From positions 186,001 to 250,000 of the forward strand of contig OW569364.1 of NCBI GenBank assembly GCA_937625935.1: a DNA stretch of 64,000 bases, given 5' to 3'. Under the pieces are notes generated by a model. The model did no database searches. It saw nothing but the letters and a program-made list of their open reading frames with translations, and was not told the origin of the DNA. Origin of the DNA: Tetramitus jugosus. Taxonomy: Eukaryota; Protista; Heterolobosea. The translations under genes and the position numbers were made by a program. Below, piece by piece: positions 1 to 10,735 of the stretch. How positions within the stretch are numbered: the stretch's first letter is position 1; every line of letters starts with the position of its first letter.

Positions 1-657
1 CTTACTCAAACGCAAGAACCTCAATTGCGTCAATCAGATCAGGTGCCTCCTACACAAGATAGTGGGTTTGTCACGGTACCGGTGGAAGAATTTGAACGAG
101 GCAAGGATGCACAAAGAAGATTGGTTGAAGCTCTGGAGAGACTGGAGAACTTGAAGGTCTTTGAAGCATGGTTCATGAAGACCCAAAAGACAGTGATAGA
201 AAAGATGGCTGAAGTGACTCAGGGAAAAAAGGGCCAGTCACTGAACTTTGAAACTGGGTTCAAGTTCAACAACAAGTATTACAAAACAACTCCCGAGCAA
301 CACCACAAGTTGAGTCTTTCCCAACCGAATGTGGTTCTCAAGGCCTTCTTGGAAATTGTCGCCTCCGATTGCCAGTTGGATTTGGTAAACGTGTCTTACA
401 GTCGTCCTGGATACACAGGTACAGATAGGATTAGATTGGATCGTCAATTGGTAAACAACATTTGGGCTTGTGTCCGAAAGTCATTCAACTTCTTCATTGG
501 TGCGAATGATGCTTCCATCACGAAAGCTTTGGGTAAGACATTGGCAGACTTTCACAAGGAGCGCCTGGTGAAGAAAGGTTCAAGTGAGGAGGTCATCGAA
601 GATAATGTAGACGACGACGGAGTGGAACCTCCTGCCAAAATTGCTCGTCATCAATAA
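1..657 (+). CDS. 5'-partial protein with coiled coil and BEN/DUF4806-like helical domain
   Basis: Frame is open from base 1, so the TTG at 25 is not the true start. Heptad-like segment (AQRRLVEALERLENL) precedes VVLKAFLEIV...VSYSRPG...RLDRQLVNNIWACVRKSF...ITKALGKTL, resembling the BEN pattern; C-terminal PPAKIAR is NLS-like. Domain call is inference. Confidence 0.6.
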   Translation, partial: LTQTQEPQLRQSDQVPPTQDSGFVTVPVEEFERGKDAQRRLVEALERLENLKVFEAWFMKTQKTVIEKMAEVTQGKKGQSLNFETGFKFNNKYYKTTPEQHHKLSLSQPNVVLKAFLEIVASDCQLDLVNVSYSRPGYTGTDRIRLDRQLVNNIWACVRKSFNFFIGANDASITKALGKTLADFHKERLVKKGSSEEVIEDNVDDDGVEPPAKIARHQ

Positions 658-876
658 AAGATTATGACAAGGTAAAACAATTTCTTTCTGTTTTTCTTTT
701 TGGACCCATTTTGTTTTTTTTGTATTTGACGTGCCAACTTTTAAAAGTCGAATCGTAAGTGAGAACGACGCGGGAGAAAAAAAGTCGACGGTTCATCTAT
801 CGTGTCAACTTCCAAATGTTGGTGGACAAATTTTTACTCGGGGTATCAATCAGTGTGAAAACAAATAATGAAGATT

Positions 877-1932
877 TTATAAATAGGTCGTGTCTACGTT
901 GTGGCTGGCGACTAACGGAGGAGTAGCCGAGATAGGAACTTCAGGTTCCTTCAACTGCTCTTGTTGATACCATTCTACGGCAGACTTTCTGTACAATCGT
1001 TCGTGCTTTGGATTCTCAAGTCTGTTGTTGACGAGAGCACTAACCAGAGCTAGACTTACAATGATGTAAGAACTGAGCAACACATTCCTGCCGGTCAGAA
1101 TCTCAAAGAACAAATTGTAGAATTCGAAAATGGCCAGATAACCAAGTGCGACATAGAGTCTCTTCATAGACATACTCTTTCTCATTACATTTCGAGCTAC
1201 CACTTGAGGATGATAGACTGTCTGATACTCTGCCACTCTACTCTCAAATGATATCATGTGTCTGATGGCCTTGGACGCGAAAATGGCTCCAAACATGAGG
1301 ATGAAGCCCAAGTTAATAGAAATCATCTGGTCAAAGAATGATTGAAAACCATCTCCAGCAGCAGGCAAACCATTTGGAGGTGTCTTGTTTAGAATAACAA
1401 CCAACAATTTTAGAACAATTGTGGGAATGACAGTAAATATCAGCATGAACAATGTTAGAATGGTAAATAACAAAGCAACCCTAGCTCTGGATGCTACTAA
1501 GTATGGAAAATTAAATTCAAGAATATAAGCAGACTGAACCGGTGTTTTCCCAGAGTGCAATGCCTCAGTCTCAAGGCATGCGAATGCATTGTCAGCCAAA
1601 ATGTACACGTGGATGTAGGCCAGAAACAGAATGGTGAACCGACTTGTCAGATTGATCAAAATATCAGCCAAGAATCGAAAGACTCGACTCACTGTACTGG
1701 TATCTGTCATGTTGTTTGCTGCCACAAGAAAACCCAATTGTGCAATCTTTTGCATGAGGATCAGTGCTATGAGAATGCACGTTGTGACAATGATCCATCT
1801 GGTTTGGATCCGATTTCTCTTGAGAGATGTGAGACAAGTAATCCCAGTGAGCAACAAGAGAAATGTAAAGAAGCAAATGAAGAATCCATTTGCAATGTAT
1901 TGATACACATCTTGTCCAAACACTCGAGTCAT
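877..1932 (-). CDS. Seven-transmembrane (GPCR-like) membrane protein
   Basis: First ATG at 1932 (MTRVFGQ); seven hydrophobic stretches followed by a polar tail. Confidence 0.75.
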   Translation of the reverse strand: MTRVFGQDVYQYIANGFFICFFTFLLLLTGITCLTSLKRNRIQTRWIIVTTCILIALILMQKIAQLGFLVAANNMTDTSTVSRVFRFLADILINLTSRFTILFLAYIHVYILADNAFACLETEALHSGKTPVQSAYILEFNFPYLVASRARVALLFTILTLFMLIFTVIPTIVLKLLVVILNKTPPNGLPAAGDGFQSFFDQMISINLGFILMFGAIFASKAIRHMISFESRVAEYQTVYHPQVVARNVMRKSMSMKRLYVALGYLAIFEFYNLFFEILTGRNVLLSSYIIVSLALVSALVNNRLENPKHERLYRKSAVEWYQQEQLKEPEVPISATPPLVASHNVDTTYL

Positions 1933-2183
1933 ATTGTTGCTGTTGGATTGGTAATACAATACTTTAGTTTGAAAAATGAAGTGTTTGAACTGAACTACTC
2001 TGAACAGGTCCTTTCTCAACGCGTTTTTTTAATGATTCACACAAGTATAAATGTCCCCAGAGTTTTTTACGGGAGTGTATTCTCTTTTTTGATCTTTCCG
2101 ATTTCTCCTTCTCCTTTTCCCATCTCCGCTCCCATTGAAAGTTCAGAGAAAGCGAAATTGTTTGAACAAAAAAGCGACAAGGC

Positions 2184-3227
2184 ATGATCGGCAGACAATT
2201 CCTATGCACTGGGGCATCCAAAACACCATTCGTGCGATCACCGTGTATGATCTCAAGTACCCTATCCGGCCAACCGATCCGTCACTTTTTCTGGCAAAAG
2301 AAGAAACTGACAGTGAATGAAACTGTTGCCCAACAGCAACAAGATGAAAAGCTGAAACAGCAGCATCATAACAAACAAGGCTCGACAGCAGCAGGCAACA
2401 TATCGGACAAGATTCATCTCAAGAACATTAAGCATGTCATTACTGTGTGCAGTGCAAAGGGAGGCGTTGGAAAGTCCACTGTCAGTTCCAATGTGGCATT
2501 GGCTCTGGCGCATCATCATCACAAGACTGTTGGATTGTTGGATGCTGATATTTATGGTCCTTCGATGCACAGAATGATGGGTATAAAAACGAGAGAGAAA
2601 CAAGTGAATCCGTTGAATAACATGTTGATTCCGGCCAGTAACTATGGTGTTCGTGTCATGAGCATGGGAATGATTGTTCCCGATGATAGTCCTGCAATTT
2701 GGAGAGGACCAATGGTGATGGGCGCTCTGAATCAATTGTTGACTCAGACCGAGTGGCAAGAATTGGATTATTTGGTGGTGGATTTGCCTCCGGGTACTGG
2801 TGATGCACAGTTGACACTGTGTCAGCGAGTAAAGATGGATGGTGCTATTATTGTGAGTACACCGCAAGACATTGCACTGATTGATGCCAAGAGAGGCATT
2901 AACATGTTTAGAAAGGTTCAAGTTCCTGTGTTAGGCATCATTGAAAACATGAGTTATCACATTTGTTCGAATTGTGGTCATGAGGAGCACATTTTTGGTC
3001 ATGGAGGTGCTGAAAAGTGTGCACAGGAAATGGATATTCCTTTCATGGGCCATATTCCATTGCATATTGATATACGAGAGAAGAGTGACATTGGAGCTCC
3101 AATAGTTGTCTCTCAACCTCAGAGCGAACATGCAAAGAGATTTTATGAGATAACTCAAAAGATTATTGATGCAGTGGAACGTGAGAGAGGTGATGAGTCA
3201 GAAGGACCAGAGATTGTCATTGAATAA
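2184..3227 (+). CDS. NUBPL: Mitochondrial Fe-S scaffold P-loop NTPase (Mrp/NBP35 family, Ind1/NUBPL)
   Basis: SAKGGVGKST, DADIYGPS, WRGPMV, LDYLVVDLPPGTGD, ENMS..CxxC motifs; N-terminal presequence-like region. Confidence 0.93.
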   Translation: MIGRQFLCTGASKTPFVRSPCMISSTLSGQPIRHFFWQKKKLTVNETVAQQQQDEKLKQQHHNKQGSTAAGNISDKIHLKNIKHVITVCSAKGGVGKSTVSSNVALALAHHHHKTVGLLDADIYGPSMHRMMGIKTREKQVNPLNNMLIPASNYGVRVMSMGMIVPDDSPAIWRGPMVMGALNQLLTQTEWQELDYLVVDLPPGTGDAQLTLCQRVKMDGAIIVSTPQDIALIDAKRGINMFRKVQVPVLGIIENMSYHICSNCGHEEHIFGHGGAEKCAQEMDIPFMGHIPLHIDIREKSDIGAPIVVSQPQSEHAKRFYEITQKIIDAVERERGDESEGPEIVIE

Positions 3228-3240
3228 TGTAGGACTGTTT

Positions 3241-5777
3241 TTATGAATACAAATCATCAATTCCATCATCAATACCCATAAATTCGTCATCATTGCTCTC
3301 GACCTTCTTATCATTGACAATTTGCTTTGATGTTTCTTCTACTTCAGCGAATTTGACTCCCTTCTTAGGCTTATTGTTGATCAGGGCAAGGTATTCAGCT
3401 TCTATTGCTCGTAATCGTTCCAATTCCTGTTTATCTCTCAGCCTTTCTTCTTGCATTTTCTTCTCCTGCTGGGAGAATAGATCCTGTTGTTCCTTAAGTG
3501 CTGTTGCTTTTTGAACGGCATCATCTTCGCCTATGGAGTGTGATTCTTCATCTTCTTCTCCACCTGCATTTGCTCCGCTCTTTCGAAGTCTTAAGCGCTC
3601 TTCGAGCTCGATAAGTTGTTTTGTGTAGGTCTTCTTCTCCTTCTTTAGGTCATAATCTGTACAAATCTGGATTAGATATCTCAAACATTCGATGTTATCA
3701 GGGTTTCGGAGATGAATTTGTTCATAACACCTCTTGGCTTGCTGATAAGAACCTATTCTTCTATGACAACTGGCTACCATCAACTGCCAGTTCACTTCGT
3801 TTGGTTGAATTTGAGTGGCCCGCTCGAAATATGTGAGGGCTTTCTCGTATATTTTATGTTTAACAAAGTAGAGTCCCAACCACGATGTCACATCAATATT
3901 GATCGGATAGTATCGATAAGATTCTAGGTATGAGTTGTAGGATTGAGATTCATCATTCTCCTTTGCATAAAGAGTTCCAAGATCGTAAAGGACGCCAGGG
4001 TCTGTGGGAACTCGAGAACTGAGCATATTAAACCACTTGATCGCATTCTCATTATCATCCATTTTGTAGTACCTAGATTTGTTGTTAGTCGACTCAATCA
4101 ATGAGACGATTAAAAAACGAATAGTACATACACACTACCAAGTTCGTACAGAACTTCAATACTCTCAGGAATAAGGGAATAGAGTTTTTTGAATGCCGAG
4201 AGTGCTTCATGGTATTGTCCCATGGCTTTTGTTGTTAAGCCGAGGTTGTACATTGCTTGAGCACAGTCTGCCTCATTCTCCAATGCTTCAATGAAAAACT
4301 CCTTGGCCTCCGGATACTCCTTATTCAAGTAGTGACATATTCCCTTGTTAACAAGAGCATTTGCATTGTACTTGTCTGTTTGCACAGCAAGATCGGCATA
4401 CTTGGCCGCATTTTTCAAGTCTCCCTCTAATAAATATAAGTAGCACAAATTGGTTGATGAAATAGCTTGTTGTTTCCGGTCCTTTTTCTCAAATGCTTTT
4501 AGAGCTTCTATCGCCTTCGAGAATTTCTTATTCTTCATGTAGTTCAATGCTTTCGTCATTTCTAACTCACTTACGATATCGCATCTGTCCCGAGTGTGTT
4601 CAAATCTCTTACATTGCTCGATCACATAATCAAATCCTCTCTCCCAGTCGTCGTCAATTACTGGAGCTATCAACTTTGCTGCCTTAAGGATAAGTTCGTA
4701 ATGCTTTCTTTGTGAATTCTTGAGATAGTTCCGAAGATCGTCATTACGGATAATCGTCTCGTCTTCGGTCTCTTCCTCTTGTTGAAGACCTGGAAGCTTG
4801 ACATCGAGTAGAATCCTGAAACCTTCTTTCATTTCTTCTTTTCTTCCTCCTGCATAGTGACATATGACAAGATTGAATGCTGTATCAGCATCGTTATTGT
4901 TTGCTTCCACATTCTCTTGAAACTTCTCTGCTGCCTCATCATATTTGCCAGTTTTTAAGTGAGTTATGGCTATATTCTTAATGATTTTATGTCTCATCTC
5001 GCTGGTATGTGCTGGCATAATCTGGTCCAGAGCCATGGTGTACATCTGCTTGGCTAGAGAGAACTTCTTCTGTTCAAAATAAATGTTCCCCATATTTACT
5101 CTGAGTCTACCCGAATGGGGAAAGTGTTTGCTTTTGACGAGAGATAAGTAAGTGTCTAGTGCTTCTGTGTACATTCCATTGGCTTGATATACTCTGGCTA
5201 AATTGAATTTGACTGCGAATGTTAACTCGAAATTTTGCTCTTGAGTGTTTTTGTCCTCTCTGAATTTACACAGAGCCTTCTCCTTCTTTACTGCCTCCTT
5301 TGCTTTCTCTAAAGCCAGTTGATAATCCTTCTCTACTGTTGCCAGAGCACTCTCTTCCAACAGAGTGTTCACTTGGAGTTCTTTTTCTCGTGCCATGTCT
5401 TCAGGACTATTGTCTGCTCTTCTCTCCAGAGCGGCAGCTCTTCCCTTGCCAAACTCTGCAAAATTATCGGATAGTGGATCTCTGGCCTTCGACGTGAATC
5501 CAGCAGCGTTCACAGATGTCATTGGTCTTTGTAACTCCTCAGAAGCCCCATACCCATCACTTGTTGCTAACCAAGGATTGTTGGGACCAGCTCTAGACGG
5601 AACAAAGCTTCCATACATGTTTGAAGTGGGTGGAGGACCGCCAAAACCTATTCGTGAAGAAGACATGAAGGGATCAGCTCCAAATCCATCTTGAGCGTCA
5701 TCATCTCCAGAATTTCCAAAATTGTACAAATCATCATTTTCTTCTTCTTCCTCGAATGAACCTCTGTCGTAACTCAT
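3241..5777 (-). CDS. IFT88: Intraflagellar transport protein 88, 2 exons (5777-4132, 4072-3241)
   Basis: RPMTSVNAAGFTS, GRLRVNMGNIYF, TPR array. Intron 4131-4073 (GTATGT..GACTAAC..TAG) joins the two listed ORFs in frame (ELGSV|YYKMD). Confidence 0.96.
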
Positions 5778-5897
5778 TATTTTCTATTGTTTGAAGAAGT
5801 TCGCTGTAGCACAACCAAACGCCAAAAAGGGAGGGAATCCGATCTTCCAATTTGCGGTGAAAATCAATCACCCGCCAAAAAAACAAAACAACAAGAG

Positions 5898-6584
5898 ATG
5901 ACAACGACACAACAACAATCATCATCGACATTGATTCACACGGTTCACCTCAAACGGATCAGTCAATTCCCCCAACTCATCAACAAACACTCTCCCAACA
6001 AGCACCTTCGTCACGAACAACTCCTTCACAACATACTTGACACCATTTGTGGAACGGCACCTGGTTTACAATTGTCTGAGCTCATTGATGAACAGCAACA
6101 ACAGCAAGAAGATGACGAAAATGCAAAATTATCACTCATGGACATTGAATCCATCATTGATGCTGTAAAAATGTTTATTCAACGAGTCATGAGCAAAGAG
6201 TTGACACAAGAGGAGATGATACAAGAGTTGAATGCACTTTTATCATCAAAAAATATGGATGAAAATGAAAAACAAGTCATTGTAGAATTGTTTGTTCGAG
6301 TGATACAGGGCAGAAGAAGTGATTTGATGAGAACGATGCAATCTCAGAGTGTTTCAGAGTTGTCTCAATCGTATTTGCATGATTTTGATTGGAAGTTGCA
6401 TTTGGTGATTGCAAGTGACAAGTGTAGCAGTATTCGAGAGCCTGTACTTTTATTGAATTTGCGTGTCAAGAGACATGGTGTCAATCAGGACATTTTGGTA
6501 GAGTTGACCAAGGAGGATCTGGACAAGATTTTGAAGGATTTCAGTCATATTCAAAAGATTATGTCCAATTGGACCAGAAATTAA
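5898..6584 (+). CDS. COMMD8: COMM domain protein (COMMD8-like)
   Basis: C-terminal LHDFDWKLHLVIASDKCSSIREPVLLLNL...VELTKEDL matches the COMM domain; first ATG at 5898. Confidence 0.8.
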   Translation: MTTTQQQSSSTLIHTVHLKRISQFPQLINKHSPNKHLRHEQLLHNILDTICGTAPGLQLSELIDEQQQQQEDDENAKLSLMDIESIIDAVKMFIQRVMSKELTQEEMIQELNALLSSKNMDENEKQVIVELFVRVIQGRRSDLMRTMQSQSVSELSQSYLHDFDWKLHLVIASDKCSSIREPVLLLNLRVKRHGVNQDILVELTKEDLDKILKDFSHIQKIMSNWTRN

Positions 6585-6662
6585 TCTTGTCGAGATGTTT
6601 CGTGAAACTACAAAATAAAAGTGTTGCATTAGATGGATAGTAAGGAAGATTCATATGAGAAT

Positions 6663-7345
6663 CTAGTGTGGATCGTAATTCCGCTCTTTATCGTCTTCAT
6701 CTCCTGCTTCATTTTCAGGCTTATCATTCCGACGTGAAACAATTTCCATTGCCTTTCTCAATTCTAGATCGTCTTGATGCTTCGTTGATTCATCATAGAA
6801 ACATGAATCATGGATAACACTGACCATATCATCCAAGCCCTTTCCCAAGAAAACAGCCCCAAAAATATTGCTTCCATTTGATACTCGTACAAGTATCTGA
6901 AGTGAGTCAATCGATCCACAAGCGTCATTCTGGTGAATTCGTGATCATCAACCGATTCTTCGTCCTCACCGAGCATGAGATCCATATCTGGCCATGGTTC
7001 TCCATCGATTGCATGCTGCAGACCTGTGGATAGCACCTGCTTGGCAAACCATGAACTCTCGCTTTCCTTATCAGGGAAATCAGATCTTTGATATGTCTTT
7101 GACTTCGATATATAAAGGTTGTTCTTGTAATGACATTTCACTTGATAAAAGAACTTGAAGGGGTGTTCCTGGTTGACATTCAACTCTGGATCAATCTTGT
7201 CTGTACTTGAGAAACCAACAGGTAGCTTTGATCCAAACTTGCTCTCGTACAGTTTTTGCCAAGCAGGATACTGATGTTCCAAAATTTGTGATAAAATATG
7301 GAAGTCCTTCCACATAGAGAAGGCACAATTACGACTATACAATGC
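6663..7345 (-). pseudogene. Frameshifted hypothetical ORF with possible F-box remnant
   Basis: ORF 7342-6764 and ORF 6848-6663 join by a frameshift near 6880 (FRYLYEY / NGSNIFGAVFLGKGLDD); WKDFHILSQ...WQKLYESKFG resembles the end of an F-box; no clear promoter space. Confidence 0.45.
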
Positions 7346-10300
7346 TCATTGTGGTTGCAGGAGCTCGACAATCTGTTGGGCCAAACGCCTCACTTCACTA
7401 CTCTCATCTATGGTTGCCAATGATCGCATCTGTTTCAGTATGTCCTCGATGAGAACTGTGTGTTCAAACACATCTTCTCTGGAAGTCAAAATAGATGTTG
7501 TTAGCTTGACGGCAGACTGTCTCACTTCGGCGCTAAGACTCTTGAGAGATGCGAGAGAAACTCTAAGGAGTACGTGCGTGTATGGATGAATTGCTGCTTT
7601 GAGTTGATAGGTAACATGCAGGAGCAACTGTAGCAGAGCACAAGCAAGCACGGATCCATGAGCAGACGGGAGACACTTATCGATAAGAAAGTGCATGAGA
7701 GCGTTCAGACACTGTTGAGACATCAATGTAATCTCATGCAAGCTCATCCTTCGACATGATGAAGTTAAAATATGAACCATGCAAACACTTAATCCAGTCA
7801 TGGGCTCATTGACAATGGAATCGCAGATCACTGACAAGAGATTGAATGATGATTGTGTCTGAATCAAGTATTGGAGTAATAATGAGAGACAATCGATGAT
7901 TCCTCTTTGTAATTTGATAATCTCCTCTCCTGATCTCTCAGTATTGATCTTAAGCATGTATAACAGTACTGGCGATAGTTTGGTTACATTATCACCTATG
8001 TAGTCCACGGTAGCACCCTTTCCTCTCAAAATAATGTGAGCTGTCACAGCATTACACATTAAATAAATAAATAATTTTGTCCTAGTAATATCATTGTTGC
8101 TCTTATTCAACTCATTCAAGACCTTGTCAAATGTTAAGGAGCTAGGTAAAGAACCACATATCTCTGCGGATACCTGACGTACTTTATCAATCTCCTCTGA
8201 GTCATCCATTCTTTCGAGTAAAATATCTTTCAGCTCACTCATTAACTCTCTTAGACCTGTTGCCATATCTTCACGATTTATCACGGATAAAGGCAGGGTC
8301 TTTAGAACTAGATATGGGGCGAGTGTGTTAAAAATATCTGTAGATATGGTTCTTTCAACCATCATCGACTTGCAAATCGTTATTACTTCCCGAACAGCTG
8401 CTCGTTGTTGTTCCACTACTAACTCTTTTTGTTCGGTATCACTGAATGATAATAATGCTTGGAATGTCTTGTTCATTATATGCACTGTAACGGTATCATT
8501 GGGGCTGAGTAGATACTTCTCCACAACAACTTTAGCAAGTTTAGGAATGGAATAGGGAGATAAGGTCTTAACAAAATCTGGCAATAGTAATAAGACCCGA
8601 TTTGCTAATTCAGTTTGGATTTCTAGATGCATTGAGTCATTACTTTCCTTGACACTGATTTGGGCAGGAGAAACGATTGAAGTTGCTTTTGTTTCAAAAG
8701 CACAATCCCTTACTGCATCAATCAGAATCAGGAAAGGAATACAAGAATCGTGGTGCTTTAGCACAGAAAGAAGTGCTCGGTGCGCTGCAGACCGAACTTT
8801 TTCACTCTTATCAAGCTCTCTCTTGACCAATTGTGGGATGATAAACTCTGGCTCTAACTTATGAAAAAGTTCAGTTGCCTGAATTCTGACAGTTAGTTCA
8901 TCATCTCCTAACCTCTGTATCAGGTGCATAGATACGTTGTGTAAGAAATCTCTAAAACTAGGCTGATCGATATCATAATTCTGAATCTTCAATACTTCGG
9001 ATATAACAAGCAATGCATTTTGTCGGCGTGCTTTGGCTTTTGTAACGTCATCTTTGTCTTGCGATAGGGTATCGACTCGGAGAAACAACTCTGACAATAA
9101 AGAAGGATTTGATACAACTTGCTCAGCAATCAAGGCAGCAACAGCTTTTGAAGCAGTATCTGACTCGTCCAACAATGACATCAATCCCTCTGTGCTTATT
9201 AAACTAGAACTCGAATCCTCAAATATATTAGACCCGTGACGAACTAATTCTCGGAAAAGATACGAACTGAGTAATTGAACTTGATCGCTCTTTGATCTCA
9301 GTCCTTTTGGTACTACTTCTGTGAGCGCCATGAGAACAGTTGTATCAGAGTTGCTACCTATTTTGATGACAGACTTTAAAATAGTACTAAGAGTAGTCTG
9401 CTCCATCTTACCAAATAGTAAGCACACACAGGACAAAGTATATTGAAGCTGGTTATGAATAACATTGAGTTCATCAGATTCTTGCTCTTGCACAATTAAT
9501 CGATCGACTTCAGCCAACAAAGCTATAACATAATTCTGCATATTATTCTCTTTAAAGAAGACAGCAGATTCTTCAATTAAATAAGTAAAATACATGTTCC
9601 AAACAGAAGATAAATACTTGTAGAGCGGAGAATCGTCAAACACAATTTTCTGCGCAGCTGCAAGTTGTCGTTGCTCAATGATTATCTTTTTAGAATCTTG
9701 TAATTGACTTAGGATGATATTGATCGCTTCACAATATAATGGTCGATGTCGTTGATACCACAGTACAATTTCTTGGAAAACCAAAAGTGATAAATCAAAG
9801 TTGTCCGCCACTAGATATTGCTTCTCTGAGTTGCTCGCCACATGATGAAAAATAAATAATAGACAATCCAATGCAGATATTGTAAGCATTGTTGGTTGTC
9901 TTTGATCATGAATCACAACAGACTCATTACGAATAACACTCCACAGACTCGTTATCATTTGTTGCACACGCTCTCCAGAGTTCATCTTTATGTACAAGTA
10001 ACCATCTCGATCCTTTTTGTTCTTACGCGAATACTCCCGACTAAATATATGAAACAATAATTTACATGCACCCAACTTTGATTGTTTCATGCTCTTGTTC
10101 AACACTTCAACAGTTGCATCCTCGTTCTGTGGTGGATGCTGGCTCAGTACTTGAATCAAAGTCTCGTAAATAAACTCATGTGACTCTTCTCCATTTCTCA
10201 AAAATAAATATTCTGCGAACTCATACAGCACTTGTTTCTGACACTTTGCCTTGTCACCTCGACTTGTGAACAACTGTAGCCAACAAGAGAACAAAGTGGA

Positions 10301-10558
10301 TAGATTTGGATCTCTCTGAGAAGCAGCATGCGCGATTGCATGAAATGCATTCTTGATCCTATCTTCTTTCCCAGCAGTTTCAATATACTTTAGCAGAGAC
10401 TTTTGTCTCTTGACCAATTTCACACCCGAGGTCTTGTTCTTGGATTTCTTTTGAGATCCGCCCATGCCCGAAACAAAATCAGTGAGAATAATCGAGGACG
10501 CATCTCCAACACTCAATCGATCACGTTGCTCTCCCAGTAGCCATGTTTCTGATGACAT
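7346..10558 (-). CDS. Large HEAT/ARM-repeat protein
   Basis: 1070-aa Leu-rich helical ORF with HEAT-type motifs (LGDDELTVRIQA, DKSEKVRSAA, SAEVRQSAV, DESSEVRRLA). Confidence 0.85.
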   Translation of the reverse strand: MSSETWLLGEQRDRLSVGDASSIILTDFVSGMGGSQKKSKNKTSGVKLVKRQKSLLKYIETAGKEDRIKNAFHAIAHAASQRDPNLSTLFSCWLQLFTSRGDKAKCQKQVLYEFAEYLFLRNGEESHEFIYETLIQVLSQHPPQNEDATVEVLNKSMKQSKLGACKLLFHIFSREYSRKNKKDRDGYLYIKMNSGERVQQMITSLWSVIRNESVVIHDQRQPTMLTISALDCLLFIFHHVASNSEKQYLVADNFDLSLLVFQEIVLWYQRHRPLYCEAINIILSQLQDSKKIIIEQRQLAAAQKIVFDDSPLYKYLSSVWNMYFTYLIEESAVFFKENNMQNYVIALLAEVDRLIVQEQESDELNVIHNQLQYTLSCVCLLFGKMEQTTLSTILKSVIKIGSNSDTTVLMALTEVVPKGLRSKSDQVQLLSSYLFRELVRHGSNIFEDSSSSLISTEGLMSLLDESDTASKAVAALIAEQVVSNPSLLSELFLRVDTLSQDKDDVTKAKARRQNALLVISEVLKIQNYDIDQPSFRDFLHNVSMHLIQRLGDDELTVRIQATELFHKLEPEFIIPQLVKRELDKSEKVRSAAHRALLSVLKHHDSCIPFLILIDAVRDCAFETKATSIVSPAQISVKESNDSMHLEIQTELANRVLLLLPDFVKTLSPYSIPKLAKVVVEKYLLSPNDTVTVHIMNKTFQALLSFSDTEQKELVVEQQRAAVREVITICKSMMVERTISTDIFNTLAPYLVLKTLPLSVINREDMATGLRELMSELKDILLERMDDSEEIDKVRQVSAEICGSLPSSLTFDKVLNELNKSNNDITRTKLFIYLMCNAVTAHIILRGKGATVDYIGDNVTKLSPVLLYMLKINTERSGEEIIKLQRGIIDCLSLLLQYLIQTQSSFNLLSVICDSIVNEPMTGLSVCMVHILTSSCRRMSLHEITLMSQQCLNALMHFLIDKCLPSAHGSVLACALLQLLLHVTYQLKAAIHPYTHVLLRVSLASLKSLSAEVRQSAVKLTTSILTSREDVFEHTVLIEDILKQMRSLATIDESSEVRRLAQQIVELLQPQ

Positions 10559-10735
10559 TTTTCTTTGCTGATGATCGTGGAATTGCTAATCCCGCTCAAA
10601 ATATTCAGCCCCGAAGTTGAACAGTTTACAAGAAAAAATGCGGCCACGTCAGATCAATTTTTAGATTCTCTTTCGCCTCAGCAACAATTCCACAACACAA
10701 CAAAAGATCATTAACAATAACAACAACAACGAAGC

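Noticed and set aside
1555-2187. 210-aa Cys/His-rich + strand ORF
   Set aside because: Antisense shadow of the hydrophobic 7TM gene; GTG start and no coherent metal-binding pattern.
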